A stretch of 64,000 nt of DNA from Camelus dromedarius (lineage: Eukaryota), in the NCBI RefSeq assembly GCF_036321535.1, contig NC_087451.1, positions 19,034,001 through 19,098,000 on the forward strand, in the 5' to 3' direction. Positions 1 through 19,376 of this stretch are shown in pieces. The notes beneath the pieces are model-generated. The model did no database searches, had not been told where the DNA came from, and was given only the letters and a program-made list of their open reading frames with translations. The position numbers were made by a program, and so were the translations under genes. Each line of letters starts with the position of its first letter. The stretch's first letter is position 1.

Positions 1-2
1 CC

Positions 3-669
<667 letters not shown>

Positions 670-806
670 GAGGCAAGAAAAGTATTCTGCAGTTGTTTGG
701 TGATATCTACCCAGCCACACCCCACAGGGCCTGATCAGGACTGAAATTACCCCTGCTTCCCCTGCGAAGCTACACAGCCAAACCCATTATCCCCAGGGTC
801 CTAGAG

Positions 807-993
807 CTGCACTGTCCAACACAGTAGCTATTAGCCAAATATGCCTATTAGAATGTAAATTAGTTAAAATTAAAAGTTCTGTTCCTCAGTCTCATTATCT
901 CTCAAGTGCTCAATAGCCACTTGTGGTTGGTGGCTACTGTATTGGATGGTACACATTTAGAACATTTCCATCATCACAGAAAATCCTATTGGA
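807..993 (-). mobile_element. MER3-like hAT/Charlie non-autonomous DNA transposon
   Basis: ctgcactgtccaacacagtagc...gtggctactgtattgga...gaacatttccatcatcacagaaaatcctattgga follows the recalled MER3 reverse-complement consensus, including its internal palindrome. Confidence 0.75.
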
Positions 994-2169
994 GAATAAT
1001 ACTTTAGAGTTTAGAGGAACTTTCCTCTCCCTGTCACCCATACCCAGCGTCCTAGAACTCCCACAGAGCCCAGAGCACTTATTTCTTTTTAGGGTGGCTC
1101 AGAAGCCAACCTCTGGGGAGGAGGTAAGGTAGAGGGATGGACACCTAATGCCTGATTTCCCTGGACTGTGAGAAAGAGCTCACGCCTCAGTTTTCCTGAC
1201 CTGGTGTCTCTAATCAAAACCAGATGTACAGAAACTTGACTCTCCAGTTCTGGGCTGTGTTTGGGGCTCTTGGTGACTGAGGAAGACGACCTCTCTGTTA
1301 GTGACTAGGAACCCCAGAGACTTAGGCTCCCCAAATTGAGCTCTGGATTCTGAGAATCCTCTCCTTTTTAGGCCTCTAATTTTTCCAGGTGTCTCCACTT
1401 AATTATCTTGTCCATGGACTTAGGCCTAATCCACGCCAGAGGCAGACCCTTGGGAAAAGGAATGTAAGAATTCCTCATTCAGTAATACATTGGCCTGATC
1501 TGTGAGCCTCTCTCTGGTTTCCTATTTCCCTGCCCCCCTTACCACTCCCACCCTGGTTTCCCATCTTTCTGTCCTATTATTCTGTCTCCTAGTTTCATCC
1601 TAGAATTAAGCTGTGTCCATGCCAGCATAATTTTCCAGCTGGGAATTCCCTCTGGACTTGATTTTCATTCCTGGTAACTGTTCTATATAGACACACGAGC
1701 CACAATATTCCAAAGTGTTTTCCCTGCCACCACTCATGTGTCTGAGGTGAGCATCATTAATACGTCCCTGCCCTGAGTCAGATGTCCATTTCTGGGCCAC
1801 CACCTGTGTGTTCTTGTCTAATACTACCACCACTGATTCCAAGGAGATACTTCTCCACCCAGCTGGGGAGCCCCTTTCCAACACCTCTCTGGCTTAACTC
1901 TGACCTTTTACAAGTCATGTGCAACCTTTTTAGGCTGCAGTCTCATCTCTAAAATGAAGCTATACTTGCATGGAAGAATCCTTCTAGATAGTGACCAGGG
2001 TTCCTCTACTCACACATGAGATGTAGAGGCCCCTATTTCTCCCTAGGCGGTAAGGTATGTCCCCCATTATGGTTTGCTATTCAGATCCATCCTATTATGC
2101 CTCTGCTCCAACCCCAAGGAATGTTTGTGTTGGGTTGACCTGGGCTTGGAAAGGCACAGAATAATTTAT

Positions 2170-2420
2170 CTCAATGGGAACTACAACTTCCATCAGGCAC
2201 TACTTCAACGGAACAGGAAAGGATGTGGGGGCGTGGCCCCAAAGCCCTGATAGCTCGAAAGATAAACTACAAATCCCAGGATCGCCGGGAGATCTCAGCA
2301 GAGCAAAAGGAGTGATTGAACTCTCACTGGAGGCGGGGCGGGTCCGGAACCACCCTGACTTCCTCCATAAATGGGCGTGGTTGTAACTTAGGGGCGTGGC
2401 CTTGTGGGCAGCAGGAAGAA
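2170..2420 (+). promoter_or_regulatory. TMEM102 promoter with two ZNF143/Staf-type ACTACAnnTCCCA sites and GC boxes
   Basis: ACTACAACTTCCATCAGGC 2180-2198, ACTACAAATCCCAGG 2266-2280, GGGGCGTGGC near 2228 and 2391, GGCGGGGCGG near 2332. Confidence 0.65.
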
Positions 2421-2850
2421 GTTACCTGTTGAATCCTTCTAACCATCTTCTTCTCAGCCCTTGCAGCTACCCCTAAGAGGGAAGCTGCAAACCATAAACC
2501 TCTTCAGAAAAAGAGGTAACAGGAGGCAGACAAGGAGCAGCGGAGGGAACTGACTATTGCTTTCGGTAGGAGGGGCCCAACAGCTACTTTTTACCTGATG
2601 AGTCAGGTGAACCGGTCCGTGGGCGGGGGAGACCAGCGTATGAGAAAAGGACTGGGACGGAGGAGGTATTTATTTGTTCGTTTTCAAGATTATATTTAGA
2701 GCCCTTGATCTGCAGACACATTGGCCGACTGTGGGGCACTCCCTCGGCCTCGGGAAGAGAGAACGCGGGAGACTTTTCGGCAGCAAAAGAACGACCCATC
2801 CGGGTTTCCTACCGTCCGTGTATTTCCTAGCCCCAAAACTATAGAGCCAC

Positions 2851-4491
2851 ATGGCTTCCGCGGTCTGGGGAAGTGCTCCCTGGTGGGGCCCACCGCCCCC
2901 AGCCCCAGCCCGGCCGCTCACGGATATCGACTTCTGCTCTGGGGCGCAGCTGCAGGAACTAACCCAGCTGATTCAGGAGCTAGGTGTTCAAGAGAGCTGG
3001 AGCGACGGGCCCAAGCCGGGACCAGACCTCCTCCAGGCCAAGGATTTTGTTTTCTCTCTGCTGGGTAAGTAAACCTTCCCTGCCTTCGGGAACTCCCAGC
3101 TCTCTGCCACGCCCCACCCCGCCCTGGTTTTGGGTCACGCCCTCAGGATCCCTTCTCGTCCCTTAGGTCTCGTTCACCGCCGGGACCCTCGCTTTCCTCC
3201 CCAGGCTGAGCTCTTGCTGCTTCGTGGCGGGATTCGCGAGGGCTCCCTGGATCTGGGGCCTGCACCTCTAGGTCCCTATGCCCGGGGGCCTCACTATGAC
3301 GCCGGCTTCACACTCCTGGTGCCCGTGTTTTCGCTAGACGGCACTGGACAGGAGCTACAACTGGATGTGGGATCCTGTTATGCATGGCTCTGCCTCCCAG
3401 AGCAAGTACACGGAACCTCAGTCCGGGAGGCATGGCAGGATTGCCTAGGACCCCCAGTCCCAGGGAGACGTGATTCGATCCTCCCAACCGAAAGAGAAGG
3501 AAGTTCCAAGGACCCGCAGAGCTCTGTGGACCAGCCTCACGGCGACGTTGCTGAGCCTGGGGCACATGTGTGTTTGGAAAAATCACCTAGTAACATTTCA
3601 GTGCCGGAGCTGCCTCAGGAAGACGTAACCGATGTTGGCTTTCCCTCATCCTTGAAAAAACCGAATGGTGACGTCACCACAGCAGCCGACGTTAGCCCCA
3701 GCCCAGTGCCAAAGCCGTCGGAGGCTCTGGAGGCATGGCCCACATTGTGCCCTGCCCAGGTGGCTGCCTGGTTCTTTGCTTCGCTGGCCGCGGTCGCTGA
3801 ATCCCTGTTCCCGGTCCCGGGTGCCCCGCGCTTGGTGCATGCAGCCCGCCACGCCGGGTTCAGCACCATCCTCCTGGCTACTCCTGGGCCCCCGCGCCGC
3901 CTTCTGCTTTTCGACCTGATCCCCGTGGTGTCCGTGGCCGGCTGGCCCGAGGGGGCTCGTAGCCACTCTTGGGCCGGCCCGCTGGTTTCGGAGTCTTCCT
4001 CCTTCTACCTGGTGCCCGGCGGTGGCACAGAGCGGTCGGGCGCCTCCGGCTGGCAGCTCTGCTTCGCCCGCCAGGAGCTGGCGCTCAAGTCGCGCATACC
4101 CGCACCGCTGCTGCAAGCGCACGCCGCGGCCCAGGCCCTGCTGCGCCCGCTGGTGGCTGGGACCCGGGCCGCGGCTCCCTACCTCTTGCGGACGTTGCTC
4201 TACTGGGCTTGCGAGCGGCTGCCCGCGCTCTATCTGGCGCGGCCCGAGAATGCGGGCGCCTGCTGCCTCGGGCTGCTGGATGAACTGGGCCGGGTGCTCG
4301 AGGCCGGGACGCTGCCCCACTATTTTCTGAGTGGCCGAAAGCTCCGTGCCGGAGACGGCGCCGCTGCGCTGCTCGGGGCGTTGGCCCAGCTTCGCGGGGA
4401 CCCTGCCGGGGCCCTCCGCACCGCTGTGGAGGAGGCCAAGGCTGCGCGCAAGGGGGGCGGCTTAGCTGGCGTGGGAGGCGGAGCCCATTAA
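2851..4491 (+). CDS. TMEM102: TMEM102 (Mab-21/cGAS-fold family protein), 512 aa
   Basis: Coding exons 2851-3064 and 3167-4491 with a GT-AG phase-1 intron; 1539 nt. [17 protein letters not shown]...[12 protein letters not shown] matches the recalled TMEM102 sequence. Confidence 0.96.
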
Positions 4492-5099
4492 AGATGTTGC
4501 TCCTACTAGCTTGGAAAGTGCTTTTGTTGGCCGTGGGATGTAGAGGGGACTGCTCTCCCCTCGCCTGGGTGACAGGCTGAGCGCCCTGGGCCCGAAGACT
4601 ACGTTCTAGAAGGCCTCCTCACCGGTTCCTCCCCATCTTCCCATTCTCCTCCTGCCCCATCCCTGACACAGGTCGTTCCATTCCCGCCTCTCCACTTTCC
4701 AGATCTGTGGCCAGCATCCCTCCTGCTCCAGTGCAACCTCCAGCAAGCTTCTCCCCCCCACTTATGGTTTTTTTTTTTTCTCTTAAGAGTCAACAGGGAT
4801 GGGAAGGTAATTGCTAACAAAACGTGGAAAGGACCAGGGATTGACCAATTTGGCTCACACAAAAGCAGAGAGATTAAGGAGGCCGGATTTCACCCCAGGC
4901 TAGATCTCACCACCACCCCTATCTCTTCAGTTATTCCCTCCACTTTTCTCATCTAGTTCTGTCCTCCATCCCGGGCAGTAGGGTCCCTTTCTCCATTCCC
5001 AGGGCGTCCGCCATTCTACTTATCTTAAGCCCAACCTCTCCTCCCATCCAGGGTTGTGTACAGTGGAATCGCCTCCTTGTCCCTCCTCCTCTGAACCCC

Positions 5100-5650
5100 A
5101 AGACATGCGGCCTTTCCTCGGCTCCGTCTGCCTCTAAGACCGTCCCCACTCCCTGCCTCCAAGGAACCCTGGGGTTCCGCCCGCCCAGCTTCATCCCCCT
5201 CTTTCCCGGCGTCTCCGCCCCCTGCCCCGCCCCCGGGCCTGCTCTCGGAGGAGGGGGAGCTGCTGTCACCGCCGCCGCCTCAGCTTCCCACAGCCTCTAC
5301 CGCTGCCGCCGCTGCCGCCGCTCCGCTTGGTCCAGCCGCCAGGCCCAGTGCTCACTTCGCCGGACCAGGGCTCTCTGCGGAGACACCCTCACTCCTTCGT
5401 GGGGTCCGGGACGCCTAGCTAGGCGTGGGGGGAAGCTCCGCTTGCGGGGTACAGGGAGGGAGGAGCCTGGAGCCGGAGCCAGCGCCAGCCGTCGCCGGAT
5501 CGACAAGACAGGACAGGTTGAGGGGCGTCGGGGAAGGAAAAGGGGGTGCTATAGGCAGTCCCGGGGAGGACGAGGAAGCCCTGTCGCAGAAAGCTGTAAT
5601 GCGCTCTGACTTACAGGGGGCCTGTTCACATTTGGGGACCCGTGACAACG
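5100..5650 (+). promoter_or_regulatory. CpG-rich island, probable upstream alternative promoter or non-coding first exon of FGF11
   Basis: High CpG density, GC boxes and GCC-rich tracts (5268-5325) between TMEM102 and FGF11. No splice donor could be assigned with confidence. Confidence 0.45.
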
Positions 5651-6528
5651 TGGGTGCACTCCTCTCTCGAGGGGCTGGTTGGATTGGAGGGCCTGGGATC
5701 TAAACAGCACCAGCTGTTCCCAAGGAAATTAAGGGGCAGCCAGGAAAACCAAAAAATCAAAAAAACCCAAAACCTATGCTCCTTATTCCGAGGTGACAGA
5801 GGGCCCTCCAGACAACCACCTGGTGTAACCACTAGGAAGGGCGGATTTGGAGGTGACTTCAAAAGGAGTGGAGGGTAACAAGGTGAGGAAAGGGGCTCAG
5901 CAGCTAGAACTCTGTGCCACTAGAAATGGGGGTGACTTGGTAAAAAATGGTATTGTCCCGAGACAGGGTCTGGGAACCTCTTCTCACTGAATGGGGACAG
6001 TCTGGTATTTCAAGTCATAGATTTTGAGGATTGCAATATTTTAAAAAAGTGGGGGATTCTCCACTTAGAATGTGGCAAAGGGAAAGACATCAAGGTTGGG
6101 TTCTTCCCTGACATTGGCATTGCCCCAGTAGGGGTGGAGTGAACCAATATCCCCAAAGCTAAGGACCCGCACCCTTAAGATTACAAGAGTGGATTTGGCA
6201 GGAGTGCAGGGCCCTGAAATAGGGTGGAAAGGTGCCTGGGGATATTGGAACCACGTTTTGGAAAATTTGAGGGTCTTGGCTTTGGGATACTGGAAGTGGA
6301 GGCCAGGGACACTGGAGATCAGGGAAAGGGGTAGTTTTCAGTGGGGGCAAAAGTCGTGGGTGGGGTCAGTTGAGAGGTACATAGGCTGTTGGACCCAGTG
6401 GAGCTAGCAGGGGCCCAAGGGTGGGAGCTGGAGCCTGGGGTGGGGGTCATCTAGCGCTTATCCTCAGGTCCTGTGGGTAGGGCAGTGAGTAGGGACTGGA
6501 GCATCGAAAGCATGTCCTGGTGAGCAAG

Positions 6529-6812
6529 NNNNNNNNNNNNNNNNNNNNNNNNNNNNNNNNNNNNNNNNNNNNNNNNNNNNNNNNNNNNNNNNNNNNNNNN
6601 NNNNNNNNNNNNNNNNNNNNNNNNNNNNNNNNNNNNNNNNNNNNNNNNNNNNNNNNNNNNNNNNNNNNNNNNNNNNNNNNNNNNNNNNNNNNNNNNNNNN
6701 NNNNNNNNNNNNNNNNNNNNNNNNNNNNNNNNNNNNNNNNNNNNNNNNNNNNNNNNNNNNNNNNNNNNNNNNNNNNNNNNNNNNNNNNNNNNNNNNNNNN
6801 NNNNNNNNNNNN
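6529..6812. other. N-gap (284 nt), inferred to contain the canonical FGF11 coding exon 1
   Basis: The MAALASSLIRQKRE-type exon 1 is not found in the visible sequence; the gap lies about 1.6 kb upstream of exon 2 and next to a CpG island. Confidence 0.7.
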
Positions 6813-8428
6813 CTCCGGGCCTGGGGTCTCTCTGCCTGGGAGGTTGAGGCCAGGGACTCGAAAGAGTGGGGCCCAACTGAGGGGGGCTCCCTGAAAGTGA
6901 AAGGGGGTGGGCCCGGACCACAAAGTCTCAGGGAGACTATGCCTCAGTTTCCCTTCTCTTTCGCCCATAACCCCGAGTCTCCTTGCTTTCGAGGGCAAGG
7001 GGAAGGCTTGGGGGCTAAGCCTGGTACCCCAAAGCCTAGCAGCTCCCGCTCGCCCCCCAACCCAACGCAGGAGTCCCCACCCCCACCGTCCTCCGCCTAC
7101 GTGCCGGCTCTCGCGATTCTTTCCATCCGGAGCGGAGGGGCCTGGGGGTTCCGGACGCCTGGGTCACCCCGAGGGTTTCTGCGGCTCCGGCAGCCCCGCC
7201 CCCGCCCCGGTTCTCCCGCTCCTCCATGCCTTGGCTCGGTTCCCCCTGGCCGAGCTGGCCTGGCTCGGCGCCAATCTCCCCAGCTCTCCCCCGGGTGTCC
7301 TTGCAGCTACCTCGCCAGCCCGCCCCTCTGTGCGCCCTCCTCCTGTGACCTGCGCTGCAAGCCGGGAGCCGGGCACCCCCTATAAACCCCTACGCGACTC
7401 AGAAATCGGGTCCCAGGGGCTCAGGGGACCCTCTGCTGCGACGAACTCAGACTGGAGACCCTCACTGAGACTGGGGGTCGTACCACCTATGAGGGGGTAC
7501 CGGGAAGTCGGCAGGAAGCAAGAGCCGGGGGAGGAGAGTTTGCGGGTTAGCCTGTGGTCCCCGTCCAGTTGCGACAGGCAGGGAGTCCCTCTGGCTTCGC
7601 TCCCGCTCGCTCCCAGCTCCCCTAGGGGGAGCCCCCTACCCCCTGCGCCCTCCTCCTCACCGCCGCCGGCACTTGGTAGTGGTACGGTCCGCAGCCCACC
7701 CTTTGAGTGGGACCCGGCCCCCCACGTGACTCAGCTTGCCTCGCCAGCTCCCCGGCCCCCTCCCCCATTTCCTTGGTTTGGTACCGAATGTCCCACACCC
7801 CAGGCGGGTTACCTGGCTGAAGGGGAGAGGCTGAGCCTCAGGGAGGGCTGAGCCCCCGCGAGCCAGCAGACTGACAGACAGATAGACAGACAGATGGGTC
7901 AGTGACAGTCCGGCGCTGGACCAAGGAGAGGCCCGCGCCAAGAGAGCGGCAGCCGCAGGAGCAGGTGCTGAGTCAGCGTCAGGCCCAGTCCCACCCCCCT
8001 CCTGAGGGGGCTCCCCTACCCTGTGGTCACCTTACTGCCCCCCAACTCGCAAACATACTGCCCCTTCAGCAGTCCTGCCTGCCTCCCTCTGTCCTGCGTT
8101 TTCATGTATCTCTCCCCTTGCTCTTCTCTCTTCTCCCCTCCCCCATTCTGATTGAGCTGTAGAGTAGGAATTAAGCCTTTAAATAAATTTCAATAAATTA
8201 AACTGAAAGCTGGTGGTTAGAGGAAGCAGAAGGGGACCCACACCCCAGCTTCCTCAGGAGTCCAAGAGGAGGGGGAGAGAGCTTGCTTGGAAGGTCAGTG
8301 AGCTGGGGCCCTGGGACCCACTTCCTTCCCTCGGTTCTCCCTTCTTTCTCTCCTCTGATCCCGCCAAGTGTACGAATGTTTTTGGGAACAGAGATGTCAT
8401 GTTTCAAGATGAATGTCTCTCTCTCCAG

Positions 8429-10003
8429 AGCCTCAGCTCAAAGGCATCGTCACCAAACTGTTCTGCCGCCAGGGTTTCTACCTCCAGGCAAATCCTGACG
8501 GGAGCATCCAGGGCACCCCAGAGGACACCAGCTCTTTCAGTGAGAGGGGGAGCCAGCTGCTGGGTGGGGAGGGGAAGAGCAGGCATAGGAGATGATCATC
8601 CTCTTCCCACTTTGGGTTCGTTTGTTTTCAATCTGGCTCTTTGACTCCCAAGGGAAGAAGTAGAACTGGAACCTGGAGGGGGGCCCAGCTGGGAGTTGGA
8701 AGTCTGGGGTACTGATGCCCCCTCTCTCCACCTCCAGCCCATTTCAACCTGATTCCCGTGGGGCTCCGTGTGGTCACCATCCAGAGTACCAAGCTGGGTC
8801 ACTACATGGCCATGAATGCTGAGGGGCTGCTCTACAGCTCGGTGAGACAAGGAGGCTGAGTGGTCTCGGGTGTGGGGACTCCCCTAGTGACAGCCTTCTT
8901 GATGACAGATGTTTTGCAGCTCAGGGCTTCCTCTCCTCCAGCTCTTTCTGATGTCCTGCTTTCATTGCCCACTCTCGGACACCTCCTCTAGGGTGCCTCC
9001 AGTCCCTCCTCCTTGAACAGCGCCTCCAAATACCTCTGGCTCTTTGAATGTCCAACTCTTTCAGCCTTTTAAGACCCCCTTGTCTCATCCTACCTCCTCC
9101 AGACCTCATTATTACTCACTTCCCCAGAGTCATTCAGGATATAGGGGAAGGATTCAGGAATTCCTCCAAGCAGGAATTCCTTCCAGGTCCCCTGGATGGT
9201 GGGAGGTTGAAAGTAGAGAGATGGTGTCTTCTTATCCCAGGGCCCCCCGAAGTCTAGTTTCCGGCCCTCAGGGGGCCACCAGACTCTTCCTTATCCTTCC
9301 TTTCTCCCAGTTCCTGCATGGACTCAGAGGTTGGCCCTCCCAGCCTAAATTGTGTGGATTGTATCCTGGCTTGTTCTTCTCAGGGTCCCCTTCTGTCCAG
9401 TGATGTGTCTTTTTATCTCTCTGTCTGTCTGTGTGTGCCTTTCTGGGTCTCTGTCTCTTCAGCCACATTTCACAGCTGAGTGTCGCTTTAAGGAGTGCGT
9501 CTTTGAGAATTACTATGTCCTGTATGCCTCTGCTCTCTATCGCCAGCGCCGTTCTGGCCGGGCCTGGTACCTGGGCCTGGACAAGGAGGGCCGAGTCATG
9601 AAGGGAAATCGAGTCAAGAAGACCAAGGCAGCAGCCCACTTTGTGCCCAAGCTCCTGGAGGGTGAGTTTGGACCCTCCAGGGAGAGGTGGGCCACATGGA
9701 AGGGTATTGACCTTGTCGTGGACATTTAGTGACACAAGCTCAGGGACTATAGGTGTTTTAAGGGGATACCTATTATGACAAGTCAAGCCAGGAAGGCTTT
9801 GGCCTTGGGGGTTTGGGGAGCGCTCCTTCTGTGGGTTGGGGTTCCCAGAGGGTGGGTATAGGGGAAGGGAGCCCTTTTAGAGCTCTCTGTGTGCCTAACT
9901 CTCCTTCCTGTTCCTCTCTCTCCCCTTCACAGTGGCCATGTATCGGGAGCCTTCTCTCCACAGTGTCCCTGAGACCTCCCCTTCCAGTCCCCCTGCCCCC
10001 TGA
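8429..10003 (+). CDS. FGF11: FGF11 (FHF3) coding exons 2-5; exon 1 not visible
   Basis: Exons 8429-8539 (111 nt), 8738-8841 (104), 9463-9661 (199), 9933-10003 (71), all GT-AG with consistent phases. Translation [20 protein letters not shown]...[23 protein letters not shown]. Confidence 0.96.
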
Positions 10004-11818
10004 AATGTAGCCCCTGGCTGGAGGCTCCCTGCACTTACACTGAGCCCACCACCACCACAGTCTGTCTCCCAGCCCCACTCCTGGCCCTGCTCTCACCCCT
10101 GCTGCCACACTCATGCCCTGAGCAGCCAGGTCCCACCAGGTGCTCTAGCCTGAGGGAGCCTAGGGGCTGGCTGTGACTTCCAGGGCTGCTGAGACCCTTA
10201 GATCCTTGGGCCCAGGAAGGGGTCTGAGCTGGGGTGAAGTGTCTGAAAATAGTCCTGGCTGATCACTTCTTTCCTTGCACACTCATGCCCCCCCCCACCA
10301 AAGCCTCTTCCTGAGATGACGATGGGGGTCTGAAACTGACAGAACCAGGGCATAAATCTTCCCCACCCCGGGCTCAGCCAGCCCCCAGAGTCTTATGCTC
10401 TTTTCATTGCCACTGAGCCATAGATTTATAGGTCCACTGGAGCTCAGGATTCGTTTCCTTCTTTCCTTCCTCCACCTTTTGCCTTGTTCCAGACAGATTC
10501 TGGAACACCAGGCACCCCAGCTAGGGCCATTTCTGCACTCAGGCTCTGTGCTGGAACACAGACATGCTGTCAGGCTCTGTTCTGGATCCATCAGGCTTCT
10601 GTCCTTGACCCAGATGGACCCCTGGCTTCCAAGTAGAGAGAGGCTGGATTTGAGCCCTGTCCAGCTGTTGGCCTTGGCCTGAACTGGGACCAGTCTCAGA
10701 TTACCACAGGTTTAACTTTCTTATCCCAGAGACACCCAATTCTAGAGCATGGTGTTCTAGACACATATGGAGCCATTCTTCCTTCCAGATCTCAGCTCTA
10801 GGACATAGACCACAACTCTCAGCCCTTCCCTCTAGGATGGAACTGGGACCTATATAGCCATATTATTGCTCTAGAGTAAGTTCTAGACCCATCCTCCCAC
10901 CTTCTCTAGTGTTAACCTTTTAAGGATGAGCTCTGGAAAGGACTCAGCTGTGATTCACAAAGAATTAAGTGCTGGATGAATCAAGAACCACATCTTGTTT
11001 TTCCTAGATAATTTTCTAAAAATCTCTTTCTTCCTACAGAATGCTAACTTTATCTTTACATATAGTTTCTAGCTCCTGCAACTTAACTGTGGTCCTGCCA
11101 GGGAAAGAGTCTGAGGAAGGGCAGAGGAGTTTTGGAAGGAATCCCTGGCTTATAGCAGGAAAGCTTGGATAGGGAAGGGGCCAGAACCATGGCATGATTG
11201 GACCTGTGCCTGAGCTTGGGGGACATGAACATTTAGCTACCTCAGCAGGAATTCCAAGTCCCCTTTAAATCTGAGGTGTTTAGGGTAATGGGTCTAGAAT
11301 AAAAAATATAAATGGCACATAACCTTGACCCCCCACCATGAGGAGACCCCAATTCAGCATAAGTCCCACCTATCTCCACTACAGGTCAGGCCAAGTAGGG
11401 TGAGGGCCACTTGGGCTCTAGACCTCATACACCATCACCCCCAGAACTTCTAACTGAATAGAATTTGCTTTACCTTAAGGCTTATAACCTCAGCTGGGCT
11501 TTAGGTACCCAAAAAGGGCCTGACTAGATTTTTCTGAAAAAATGCAGATAGCCGGGACAGGCCTGAGAAAGATCAGGAGCCCATCAGTGAACTAGGAAGG
11601 AGATTCTGAGAGGTCCCAGATTTGAGCTGAGTAGACTGAGGAGGCCCAAAAGGGAGGGGATAGATCTCAGGCAGGTCACTTTTCCTCAGGCTCTTTCTAC
11701 TTCTGGCTTGTTGCAAGCGGGATGGATGCTCCCCTCACCCACACAGACACCGCTCAGGCTCCACCCATCTCCTGGCTCTGCTCCCAGGGGACAGGGTCTC
11801 CACTCCATGCTTTCTGAA

Positions 11819-11824
11819 ATTAAA
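11819..11824 (+). terminator. Probable FGF11 polyadenylation signal (ATTAAA)
   Basis: ATTAAA followed about 20 nt later by GT-rich gtgttgtctgtcatctgtg. An alternative AATAAA lies at 11298-11303. Confidence 0.55.
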
Positions 11825-11884
11825 GAAGATTTATACAACTGAAGTGTTGTCTGTCATCTGTGGGAGGCAGGCATTGGCAGTTGC

Positions 11885-12036
11885 TCGGGGCGGGGATAAA
11901 GTCCCAGGGGCGGGGCGGGTGGGCTGGCGGCTGCCCCCTGACAACAGGTGCACATTCCTGGGCGCCTCGTCACTTCCCCTGCGCTGGCTGTCCCGGCGGC
12001 TCACCCAGCGAGCTCACTGAGCGACGCGGGCGGGCT
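11885..12036 (+). promoter_or_regulatory. CHRNB1 muscle promoter: GC boxes, E-box and M-CAT
   Basis: GGGCGGGGCGGG near 11908, CAGGTG 11945-11950, CATTCCT 11953-11959. An E-box plus M-CAT combination is the known control module of the AChR beta-subunit promoter. Confidence 0.75.
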
Positions 12037-19100
<7,064 letters not shown>

Positions 19101-19376
19101 GGACCAGATGGCCGAGACCCTGGTCCTCGGCCAGTTGAATTGAGAGTTTGGCAGTACTCTTAAGCCTTGTCCCTTTCTACACATTAACTTTCTCACTTAG
19201 GAATCTAGTCCTCTCATCATTTCGTTTCTAGGGAGGAAGGCTAAGTGGAATTGGGCAGATGGAGGCTTTGAACCCACCTGAAATGCACTATCCATTTACT
19301 CACTCTTTGGCTTCTTGAAGAAGCTCCTTTGGATATTAACACCTAGGTTCCCAACGAAATGGAACAAAGAACAAGA

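Noticed and set aside
3646-4320. 224-aa antisense ORF to TMEM102 (similar ones at 23735-24337 and 48010-48732)
   Set aside because: Shadow ORFs typical of GC-rich coding exons; no independent promoter or homology evidence.
6907-7851. 314-aa Pro/Ser-rich ORF in FGF11 intron 1
   Set aside because: Stop-poor CpG-island sequence with no recognisable domain or splice support.
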